From assembly GCA_037379345.1 (NCBI GenBank), contig CM074514.1:12400001-12464000 (forward strand): DNA of 64,000 bases. Reading direction: 5' to 3'. The notes beneath the pieces are model-generated. The model saw only the letters and a program-made list of their open reading frames with translations, did not search any database and was not told the origin of the DNA. Shown piece by piece: positions 1-12,800 of this stretch. Source of the DNA: Perna viridis (lineage: Eukaryota). Position numbers and translations under genes: made by a program. The stretch's first letter is position 1, and every line of letters begins with the position of its first letter.

Positions 1-831
1 CTGATGTTCTATCCTTAATGCAAAACTTGTGAATAGAGGCTTCTTACTTGTGATTACCCTTTGTCAATGTATAATGAATTTATCAAAGCTTTTTCATCAT
101 AGACTTTGCTTCAAAACAAAATATTATTGTTTGGTAGAAATGAAGTTGTGTTTGGTTTCTTCTCATGCCCTGCCAATGCAGTAAGTGACACATTTTTTTG
201 TCAATCTGTCCAAATGTCACTTGGTTTGTCAATAATGCCTTGAATTAAGATTTGCAGTGAACACTTTTTGTATGGTATTGGGGTTACATCCAATGTGGTT
301 CATCATGGTACAAAAATATGTGTATGAAGCTACATACTCGGTAGTAATGCCTGGTATATCAGAATTTTTTTCACACTCTTTATGATTCCACCCCTCTTTC
401 CAGCAAAAAAAAAACCAACAAAAAATTGAAAGTTCATTCTTTCAAGTAGACATTAACTTATTGACAGTAAGTGATATTATTAATTAATTTGTAAATTCCA
501 ATTTGAAAGGATCCAAAGTTATTAACATATTCAATACATACTCAATGCATCTGTCTCATTATTGACAGGTCTCATTTGTCCACCTTTTCTATGTGTTAAT
601 CTCTGTTCCAGTCTTTCAGTCTTGTTCTAGGTTTTCTGTATTATTTCATTTTGGAGTTATAGCTGCCTGTTTCCTCTATGTAGTGTGACTTTGACTTTCA
701 GACATGAAGTATCTTCTTCATTAGAACAAGTTTTCTGTTAGTAAAAGACTATTAAAAATAAGGTATTAATAAAATTTGGAATTAAAAGTGTATCTGCAGC
801 TAGTGTAATTGACTTGTACTTGTTACTTTAG

Positions 832-3800
832 GTACAAGAAGCACGTCAGAACCATGACGATGAATCAGTGAAGAAAGCAGTTAATGAATATGATGAGGCT
901 CTTGAGAGGTGAGCATTACAGTTTTAAAAGTAAATGATACTCTTCTATTTTGATGAGGTTCTTGGGAAGTGAGCTTTGTATTTACAAGGTTATAATAACA
1001 AGTCATAATCACTCTCCTTTAGATGGGCTCTTGAGAGGTGAACTTTATGGTTATAGAAGTAACTAATACACACTCTTCTTGAGAGGTGTGCTGAGTGGTT
1101 ATAAATTTTATATTTTAGATATTCAATTCCTTTTTATGAGGCAGAGACCTCTTTAGAAGTGAGATGAGAGAGTATAAAAGTGAAAGATACCCTCTCGCTT
1201 TTGATGAGGCTCTTGAGAGTGAAATAAAAGTGATATTCACCCCATGGCAAGGGGACACTTCAGATAATTATCATATTATGATTAATTTTCACACAACTTT
1301 CAACTGGTCCTGCCAGTTGTAAAATATTTAAGCAGGGAAATAACAAAATATCAAGTGCCCATTAATGAAAACCACTGTTGCTCTTACTTCTTGAAACTTT
1401 CATAGATCACCCAGCATACTACATTATAATGTCTTGTATTTAAACTTGTTAACCTAGATTTTATGCTCTAATTTGAAGATTTATGTCCCTTATTTCCTTT
1501 TATGGATGTCAATAAAAGAAATTGATTCATTACACAATGGAGTGAGAAAAAAAAATGACTCCCTGATGAATGATTTGAACATATTCTGTCATGTTTGTAG
1601 TATCATGATATTCAGCCAGTTTGTCAATTAAGAAATATTTTTTATCTTGTTTCTCTGTCCAGAAATTATTCCAAACAACATGAAGAATTATTTACCTTTT
1701 AAAACATTATTGTGATAGGTTGACTTTGTTATCTCTGATCTCTCAGTCTCAGTGGACAACTAGTATAAAGTGAAGTGTCTACTATTACAGGACAGATTTA
1801 ACAGATGTCATTTGGGATTTTTTTAATTGCCACTTCTATTTATTTTGACATTTAAAAATATTGTACCAGCTCCCTATGTGCTCTTGATGAAACAAATCTT
1901 GATAATCATTCTTTCAGTTTTTGGCTTCTATATCCATCAATTTTCTTGAATTCCTACTAAAAAAACTATGATATAGAGCATAATCTTGGAGAGAGGACAC
2001 TTAAATATACAAAAACAAAATCATATTGTTTCAGTTTATACATTTTTTGTAAAATGTTGATTACCATTAAATACTATTGCCATTCAATTGACTATTTCTT
2101 CATTTAATTGAGAATTTCAATATAATTTAAACTAAAACAGAGGTTTTAAAATAATAAAAAAAAGCAGTTAATATGTCAGAAGTTATTTTGAATATTCTTT
2201 TCAATGTCAGATGGGCCTAGGGCACATGAAAATGAAGAAGGACTGCACTCCACATCCACTCTATTGGGGAGGGATTACATACTGTTTTACCTCTATATAT
2301 CCATCCATCCATTGGAAACATGTATTGTCTTTAAGACTAGCTGTTACACTGCCCATGAAACTAAAATTTATCTTAAGAAAGCTATATTTATAAGTTTGGC
2401 AGAATGTTTTTCTGTCATTTGAAAATTGTTTTCATACCAATTGAAAGCAATTACACTGCCCATAAAACTAAAATTTATCTTAAGAAAGCTATATTTATAA
2501 GTTTGGCAGAATGTTTTTCTGTCATTTGAAAATTGTTTTCATACCAATTGAAAGCAATTACACTGCCCATAAAACTAAAATTTATCTTAAGAAAGCTATA
2601 TTTATAAGTTTGGCAGAATGTTTTTCTGTCATTTGAAAATTGTTTTCATACCAATTGAAAGCAATTACACTGCCCATAAAACTAAAATTTATCTTAAGAA
2701 AGCTATATTTATAAGTTTGGCAGAATGTTTTTCTGTCATTTGAAAATTGTTTTCATACCAATTGAAAGCAATTACACTGCCCATAAAACTAAAATTTATC
2801 TTAAGAAAGCTATATTTATAAGTTTGGCAGAATGTTTTTCTGTCATTTGAAAATTGTTTTCATACCAATTGAAAGCAATTACACTGCCCATAAAACTAAA
2901 ATTTATCTTAAGAAAGCTATATTTATAAGTTTGGCAGAATGTTTTTCTGTCATTTGAAAATTGTTTTCATACCAATTGAAAGCAAAAAATTACTTGATAT
3001 AATAGAACAGCTGTCAGTTCACTAGAAAACATATTGAAAACTGTCTCTTGTACTGGTAATTATGTTAAATGAAGAAAAAGGTTAAATATCCTTAGTTTTA
3101 TATTCTACAAAGAAGAAAACAGTGGTATCATCAAGAGGATTTGTAAAATACATATATATGAAAGCAGAAAAGGAGACATAAAAAAATTGTGGACAAAGCT
3201 CAAAATAAGAAATCACAGTTGCAGTATATAAGAAAATGAATCTATTTAAATAAATAAATGATAATTTTGTGGTATATAGGAATGATTGGATGCAATTCAA
3301 TGGATATTTAGAGAAAAGTCTCTTGTAAACCAAGTATTTTTTTAATTGATAAGAACTTGATATGTTTGAACCACAGTGTGAGTTTTATTACTTTTTAACT
3401 GCATACAGCACATTTTGACAGGATGAAACTGTAGGCCAATTTTATGACCAGAGATAATTGAAATCTATCTTTAATTTATGTTTTCATTTACATTGTGAGA
3501 AAGGCTAATTGTATCAGTTAAATATGAGAATTCCAGCTTACCCTTTTCTTAATTAACTTTGACTATTGATTATCCATCCATCTTCAATGTTACTGTCAGA
3601 AAGTTTCTTATCAAATGCCTCTGAGCGTTTAATTTCTGCAGTGTTTTGTTGGCATTTAGTAAATCGTCATTAGGAAAAGAAATCCCTTATTACCATTTTT
3701 AATTTTTTCATATACAAATAAGCCCTATATTTGCTTGAAGGGAAATCCAAAATGTCAAATAGACCATAGATTATAGCAGGAAGAACATCGGAAAAGTCTC

Positions 3801-6800
3801 AGATAAATTCTATAATGGCTTTACAAATATGATTTTCTGTGACTTAATGTCAGTTTAATGCAATGATATTTTTGTGATGTGTTTTGGTATTGATTTTTGC
3901 AATGCTAATCTATGTATCTTTTCGCTGCAGTAAATGCAGTAGGCTTTATTGTTACTGATACAAGCTATAAGGGTAATTTTAATTCTGCAAATATTTTCAA
4001 GCCTTGAAATAATGATTGTATCATAATGCTTTTAGTCACATGTAAGGTTCTAACAGTTGTAACTAATGGTGTTAACTGTAGAATCGGCATGTTTTGTTAT
4101 TGTTTTTGTACTTTTTGGTTGCATTGGTTAAATTATACTCATTGAAATTTAGAATTGTGTTCTAGCATTAAATAGGTCATACTACCCTAGTAAATTCATC
4201 TGGTCTCAGCCTGTTGATGTTGCAGAAGATAAAATCACATTTTGGTCAAAATTGCAGTGAAGAGTACATACAATAATTGACTGAACATCTAAGTTTGAAC
4301 TTGTGTTATATATATTGTCATTTAATATTGGTTATTGATGGAATGAAAAACTAAGCATTTCAGGAAATATTCAGCTTACAGATGTATTTTTTTTTTATTT
4401 TTACATGTAGTTTTATGTCTGTCTGTATACTCAGCATATTGATTAACCTCCATAGTTTCTTTGACTATATATAAGTTATTTATAGTGTCAGTCTCTATAA
4501 GAATCAGGCAAAATGGGTGAAATATGGTATGCAAAAAACCACCATTTTGAAATTTTAATTTGACTATTTGCACCATAAAAATCAAGGAAAAATGACAAGC
4601 TTTTCCATATCACCATGCTCCCAGTTTTTAGTGGAGTCCGAGTTGCTCATTTACTTTTGTTACTTTGTATGTATGATTTTAGTTACTTTGTGTTCTTTGT
4701 TGTGAATGTCTGTTTTCCATGTCTGGTCTTTGTCCTTGGATTACATTCTTTTGATTACTGCTATAACCTTGGTTCCCTTGATTACTCTTTATTAAATTGA
4801 GTTATAATTGCTTCTGTGCACTGAAAATGAACATTGCAAGAGCAGATAACTCTGTCAAAAACCACATTTCTCTGACATTCTATTAAAAATTTTCCAGTGA
4901 TGCAGATATCAAATAATGGTCTTTTCAAATAAAGAAAGCATCCTTAAGTGAAATTATATTGTCAGATTGGTTTGTTTTTGACATGCATGTTTCTGATATT
5001 TTCTATTTTAGCACTTACACTTATTAGTAATTCTTCTGTGACTTATCAAATCCTCTTGTGTCATTATTATGGTGTAAAAACAAGGAATACTGTGTTCATG
5101 CAAAAAAAAGAAGAATTGACCTACATAATGATAACTAACTTTGATACTGGTCTTCCATAGTTCATTCTTAGAAATTGGATTGACATTTTGCTAACAGGCT
5201 CATATTTCAGGTTTTTTGTTTGAGGAGATGCAGTACAGTAAACTAGATGTGAATAAAACATGGAATCTATGTTCATATGAAACACTGTAACAGCCTCAGT
5301 GCTGACAAATGTAAATGTCTAAAAATTGTGAGAATTGTACTGCAGATTTCTGAAATATTAATTTCAATTTCAGATACATTCCTGTTCTGATGCAGCAGGC
5401 CAAGATTTACTGGGATATGGAGAATTATCCACATTTAGAGAAGATTTTCCGTAAATCTGTTGAGTTCTGTAATGAACACGATGTATGGAAGCTAAATGTA
5501 GCTCATGTTCTGTTCATGCAAGAAAACAAATATAAAGAAGCTGCTGGATTCTATGAACCTATTGTTAAAAAGAATTATGACAATGTAAGTTTTTTTATTT
5601 ACTTTTCTCAGTTCAATAATAAATTTAGAAGACCACACAGCCAGTTAATTATGTGTGTGTTGCACAAGAATTTTTTGTGAAAATAATGCATGATTAGAAA
5701 ATTTAGCCAAAATTGTGTTAAAATAGCTTATTTCATGAGACATTTTTATGTAGAAAATATAGAGCGCATTTGCCAAACTCTTTGATATTAATACAAAAAT
5801 AGCTTTCTGTACCATTACTACTCCTGACAAAAGATTTTGTTGTTCATAACGTGTTCTATATATTTTTTTATTAAAAAAACTCCCTATAAATCGTCTCATT
5901 TTTGTCAAAATTTTTCGAAAACTTTGTAGAAAGTAGATTTTAGTGCCCTCCTTGTGACCAAATTGTTACACAACAGTTTGTATTTTCTGTATATTAGTGT
6001 GCAGATAGTATTTTAGCTTTAAAATATGCAAATAGAAAATTGCAAATAGTAAGTTGAAACCTCGGCAAAATAGTAGGCCAGAAACTAGTGTTATTGAATT
6101 TACACCTACTTCACTCACTTCTATGCATCGTTAAAAAAAGTTTCAATTTACTGTAATACCTGTGATAAGTGATCTGCAAAAGGAGAGTCACATCATCATG
6201 TCACATAAAACAGGTGGTCTTCATTTACAGGGTTATCACTACATAGGGATAGTTTAATCTTATAATAGAATTAATTACAGAACGTAGGTGGTTGCTAAGC
6301 CAGGTTTGGTTGTATATATCCATTATTTGTATTGTATTTTCAGATACTGAATGTCAGTGCTATTGTACTTGCCAACCTGTGTGTTTCCTACATCATGACT
6401 AGCCAGAATGAAGAGGTATGTTGACTTAAATAAGATCAAATGTCAAATGTCAAATAGTGGTGGATCCAGAGATTATTCAAAAGGTGGTGGAAGACCCAAA
6501 TTTTGTTCATATTATGTATCGAATTTGCTTGATTATTTAATAGATTACAATCCTTACTTAGTGATCTTCATGTCAAATCATACAAATTTAAAACAATTAT
6601 AGAACATTTAGTTTCATTAGAGGAAACTCAGGCCCCTTTAATCTGCCTATGTCAAGGGTATGGTGGGTCTCGGAATATTCTTATGAGTTCAAGAGAACAA
6701 TAATTTTTTCGTGTTGTACTTATTGGATCTTGTTAATTACATTTGTCATATGAAAATGATTTGGAAGTTGTGGGAGTTCAGGGTTTTATTCTAAAACTCT

Positions 6801-9800
6801 GAATATTAGGCAATACTTGATTCCAAAATTATTTAAACTTTTTTTTTATTGATGTTGTTATTAAAACTCACATAATAGATTTAATTACATGATGAATGTA
6901 GATATTTTCTCTATCTGGTAAAAACTACCACTACTATTGACAGTGTACACATTTCTAAAGGTAAATAGTATTTTAAGAAAACTGATACTGGGTAGATAGA
7001 ACGGTTTTTGTCTGATAACAGACTGACAGACTGACCTACGGTATCATAGCTGTATAACAGACTGACCTACAGTATCCTAGCTGTATAACAGACTGACCTG
7101 CAGTATCCTAGCTGTATAACAGACTGACCTACAGTATCCTCGCTGTATAACAGACTGACCTACAGTAACCTAGCTGTATAACAGACTGACCTACAGTATC
7201 CTAGCTGTATAATATATCTATTTAAACTTCAACATTGTAATTTTTTGCTGATTACTTCATATAACAAGAAGCAAAACATGTGATGATCTAACAACATAAG
7301 AAATGTACTTTTAAGTTCTTGGCAAGAATAGTGGCATTTTTATTTGTGTAGTGTCATTAAAGAAATCCATTTTTTCTTGTAAGGAAGTGCATTGGAAGCA
7401 TTAGGCAGTAATTGGGTTGTTTATTGCATATAATTGGTTCTGCAGTTTCCCTCACAGCAGCACTAATTGATTTTAAATGATAGAATATAATTATTTTCAT
7501 GATAACAAGCAAGATTGGATCACATATTGTAAAAAAGTGTAAATACTTTGATCATTTTTTATACCTCTTATATGTTGGCAGAAAACCAATGAAATCATAC
7601 TTTAACTATGGAGATTTAAACAATTTTTTTTTTTAATTTTAAGATTTTAGAAGTTCCTTTTTTGTTTTATTTTAATCACCACCATGTAATAAGTTTTCAG
7701 GTTGTAATCTTTGTTTATTATTCTGTAAAGGGTGTTTGTAATAAGGAAATGTTTTTTAACTGTTTTTTTTTCATAAGATGAGCTTTTAATATTGTGTGAA
7801 TATAAATGACCAAGAAAGCAGTTTATAAATTAATCATTAACAGAAAACATTAACATTGATGTGTGGCATCAAATTTTTTATAAAATACCACTGTAAAATC
7901 AGAAAGTATTGTTATACCTTTATTGTTACAAAAAAAAGGTATGCCTTGGTTTGTATTTGCAAAAATTAAACTACATTTTGATCAACACTTAACAAAATTA
8001 CAATGATGAATGGTCATATTAATTTCTGATTTACAGTGCTCATGTCTTCATTCCACATGTTTTCCCTTTACAGGCTGAAGATCTGATGAGGAAAATAGAG
8101 AAAGAGGAAGAGCAAGTGGCTTATGATGACCCTGATAAAAAGATTTACCATCTATGTATAGTTAATCTTGTCATTGGGTAAGCTTTACCATCTATGTGTA
8201 GTTAATCTTGTCATTGGGTAAGTTTTACCATCTCTGTCCGGTTAATCTTGTCATTGGGTAAGTTTTACCATCTCTGTCTAGTTAATCTTGTCATTGGGTA
8301 AGCTTTACCATCTCTGTCTAGTTAATCTTGTCATTGGGTAAGCTTTACCATCTCTGTCTAGTTAATCTTGTCATTGGGTAAGCTTTACCATCTCTGTCTA
8401 GTTAATCTGGTCTTTGGGTAAGCTTTACCATCTCTGTCTAGTTAATCTTGTCATTGGGTAAGCTTTACCATCTCTGTCTAGTTAATCTTGTCATTGGGTA
8501 AGTTTTACCATCTCTGTCCGGTTAATTTTGTCATTAGGTAAGTTTTACCATCTCTGTCTGGTTGTGATCTTGCAATTAGGTAAGTTTTACCATATATGTA
8601 TAGTTAATCTTGTCATTGGGTAAGCTTTACCATCTCTGTCTAGTTAATCTTGTCATTGGGTAAGTTTTACCATCTCTGTCTAGTTTATCTTGTTCATTGG
8701 GTAAGTTTTACCATCTCTGTTTAGTTAATCTTTGTCATTGAGTAAGTTGTACCATCTCTGTTTAGTTAATCTTTGTCATTGAGTAACTTTTACCATCTGT
8801 GTTTAGTTAATCTTTTCATTGTGTAAGTTTTACCATCTATGTATAGTTAATCTGGTCTTTGGGTAAGTTTTACCATCTCTGTCTAGTTAATCTTGTTCAT
8901 TGGGTAAGTTTTACCATCACTGTTTAGTTAATCGTTGTCATTGTATAAGTTAAACATCTCTGTTTAGTTAATCTTGCCATTGAGTAAGTTTTGTAATGCT
9001 TTTACCAGATAAGTTTTTTTTTGGTATGTGGTCTTATTATGAAGATTTGCAGATTAAGTTAGACTTTGGTTAGGGTTGAATGATTTTTATGGAAGTTATT
9101 GCCCTTGGACTTTTCAATTTTCAATGAATTTACAGTTTTTTGCACTTTTTTTTTTGTAATGCTTTTTCCAATTAATTTTTTATATTGTGCATGTAGTCTT
9201 ACTATGAGAAGTTACAGATTAAGATCAACTGTGGTTATGGTTGAATGATTTTTATGGAAGTTACAGCCCTTGGACTAAGAAAATTTCAGTGAATTTAAAT
9301 TTTTTCCACACTTTTTTTTTGTAATGCTTTTACCAATTGATTTTCTATTTTGTATGTAGTCTTACTATGAGAAGGTACAGATTAAGTTCAACTATTGTTA
9401 TAGTTGAATGATTTTTACGGAATTTACAGCCCTTGGACTTAGAAAATTTCAGTGAATTTAAGTTTTCCGCATTTTTTTTTTTATGCGGGGACATTGGAAC
9501 ACTGTTTTTTTTTTTATAAATTAGAATTTCATCAAATCTCCATCTTTGAGTTTAACTAATGTTTTTTGTAGCTTTATCTTCACCTCTTTTTTCATTGTCT
9601 CAGTACAAGGTTATAAATGTTAATTTGCTGCAGACTTCAGCACATGAAGTAAAGGATTACGTAGGATTTTTGAAGAGGGTGATAAGTGTTTTGTCAACTT
9701 TCTTTAAAGTGTCTGTACATTTGGTATGTGTCATTAGTGTTGATATGCAATATATATCATGATTTATAGTGAAAAGGACTTGAAAAGGAACTACTCTTTA

Positions 9801-12800
9801 GCTTAGCAGAATTTAGATTAACGATGTGACTTAGGTAATTAATTTCTTAACCATTAATACAACTCTTATTAGTAAATCATAAATGTGACTTACTAAAAGC
9901 TTTTAGGTTGACAAAAATTCCACTATCACTTTTTAGCATGATTATTAGGTAAAGCCGTGATTTAAATTAGATAATAAAAAAAATTGTGATAAGAAATTCT
10001 GCTAAAAAATTGGAACATTTGTGAAAAATCAAAGATAAAGAACAACAAAAATATTTACATGTGTAAGTGTATTTTATGACTGAAATTGTGAAATTTTAAC
10101 CTTCAAATATAACATTAAAGATTATTTACTTTAAAAGCATGATTATTTGTAGCTTACTGATTTTATTACGCTCTGGCCTGTGTTAATTTTCATAAATTTT
10201 ATACTAAAGAAACTTCCACCAATAGCTCCAAACAAGTTTGAAATGGGGTGCTGACTGGTCATTTTGTAAGAGTTATTGCCCTTCGAACTTAGAAAACCTT
10301 GCTTATTTCACCCTTACAACATTCTTAGCAATGCCTTCATATTTTGTATATTATGCAATGGAAGCTATTGGAATTCTGTTCTTTTAAATATTTTCATTAT
10401 ATTGTGGACAACAATTTTTTTTCCTTTTGTTTTTATTTTTTGTTTTAATTTCATTGAAATACACAGTCCCAATTTAGCCCCATCAACTATTCTCAGCATA
10501 TTTTTTTTCTGTTGTATAATGGTATCATCCTGTTGATTTCATAAGCATCCTTTATCTTTCGTATATTTGCATAAAACTTTTCTGGTCTTTTTTAAGTTTT
10601 AACACATGGTTACTTGGAATATAACAGAGGGCCCTAACGTTTTTGGAAGTTTTTGCCCATCTCCTTTAAAAATAAGAGGCAAGAAGGGGGTGAAAATATG
10701 TGTTACCCTTTGGAAAAAAGAGGCTAAAAGGAGAGAATAGGTGTTACTCTTTGGAAATAAGAGGCTAACAGGAAGAGAATATGTGTTACCCTTTCGAAAT
10801 AAGAGGCTAAAAGGGTGAAAATAGGTGTTATCCTTTTGGAAATAAGAGGCTTAAAGAAAGAGAATAGGTGTTATCCTTTGGAAATAAGAGGCTTAAAGGG
10901 AGAGAATAGGTGTTATCCTTTGGAAATAAGAGGCTGAAAGGGAGAAAATAGGTGTTATCTTTAGAATGGATAGAAATAGGTTATTTTATTAGGGGCCAAA
11001 GGGGACTACACCCAAAAAAATCAACCTTTTTCTTTTTGTTCTGATTTTTTTTTTAATTATTGGATTCTTTATCCTTGCCTGCATTAAAAACAGAATAATT
11101 TACAATATTCATAAAAATTCCTGCCTGGATTTATCAATTAGATCCAGATATCTCTTATGGTTTCAAGTTAGAATGGCAAAAGTAAAAAAATCAGCGTTTT
11201 TTGGGGAGATCTTATGTTGAATTCTTCTAATTGGTTTCCTTATGAAAATCCCTGCCTGTATTTTTCTATCAAATTTACATCTCTCACGTTTTTTTTTAGT
11301 TATGGGGATTGAAGGTAAAGGTCTTAGATTAGCACCCCTAAAGCGCAACTTTTGTCACTCTTTAACTGAATTTCAAATTTTGTGCTAAATTGTGTCTAAA
11401 CCAGTTGTTATGTCCATAATGAACTGTAAGTCCTTATGTTTAAGTGTAAAACAAACCAATATTGTGTCCAGACTTGACCCAAGCAAACAGAGTTCAACAT
11501 GCTTCACTCCAGAAAGTTCTTTATATACTAAATGAGACAATGAACTATAGTTATAGTATTTTTTTTCTCCTGTCACCCACATGTTTTTCATTAAAATGAT
11601 AAATAATATTGGAACTGAAGCAATGCCTCCCACTTTTGACAGCATGAAATTCGGAACAAATAGATTGTCAAATTTAATTTCTTTTGTCATTCAACAGACT
11701 TGTAACCTTGAACTAAGTTGCATATCATATGATGATGTAAAAGATTCATGCTGTTTAGGATATGAGTATTTGTTGATGGTATATTGAAGGTAAAGTCATG
11801 GTAGATAATGCATTTTAAGCTGTCTTTGTAAATACCAGTTTATGGATTTTTAGACATACATATAAATATCAGTTTGTATGTGTAGATACCAGTTGTATAT
11901 CTGCAAAATACTGAAGCATCAATAATGTCAAATGCTTAAATCCCAAGTGGATCATGAAAACAGAAAGCAAAGATAATCTACAAACACACTGTAATGAACT
12001 GAAATACTGGTAGAATACATGTAGACCAATAACACATCATATTGCAAAGGAGTTTAATCCAGAAATAGTCTAGCAACAATAATGCAGCTTCCCATCAAAG
12101 ATTTTTGAAGTAAATAAATACCAGTTTATGGATGTTCTGGCGTACATGTGAATTCTAGTTACAGGATTTAAAGTATTTTTGTCAATTACAGTTTAGGATC
12201 TTGATATTTAGGTAAATTTATAAATACCAGTTGAAGGATTTTAGAGCATTTTTTTATACATCAGTTTTTTAGATTTTTCTCCATCAGGTAGAAATCCATG
12301 CAGTGATGCACATTCATATGTAAATGGTCATTCTTTCAGATCTTGGTACTGTTTAAAAATAACTTTATTATTTTAAAATTTCTTGTTTCAATTTCAAATG
12401 CCCTTTAAAACATCTTCAATCCTGAAAATATACAGGAATGTTCAAGATAGCATCTCAAGGATAAAGAAAGGAATTAGGTATTACCACAATGATGAATGGT
12501 CTGTCATGTGTCTGTCACAATGGTGGGAATCTACAATGATGAAAAAACAAACCAAACTTATCAACATCATAAATTATTCTGATATATTTCTTTTTTTTTG
12601 TGTGTTCATACAAATGAATAATTTTTTATTTCATTTATAGTTATGCCAGTCTCTCAGGGAAGATATCTGATAATAAGAACATTTTATTAACTATATACAT
12701 TAAATGTTGTCTTTGCCTCCTGAAAGAAGTTTGTTTCTTAGTTTTATTATGCAAATGATTTTGTACTGTAAGGTCAAACAGTGGGTGATGTCTGTGTAAT

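Noticed and set aside
4615-4800. Recurrent hydrophobic ORFs (also 31744, 32318, 36338, 36454, 41273, 41364, 51560) resembling a small membrane-protein family
   Set aside because: They are different frames of the T-rich 3' UTR of the retroelement, and no frame is conserved between copies.
8144-8990. Regular short repeats that could be mistaken for a CRISPR array
   Set aside because: The units are contiguous with no unique spacers, the context is eukaryotic with no cas genes, and the unit derives from the adjacent exon.
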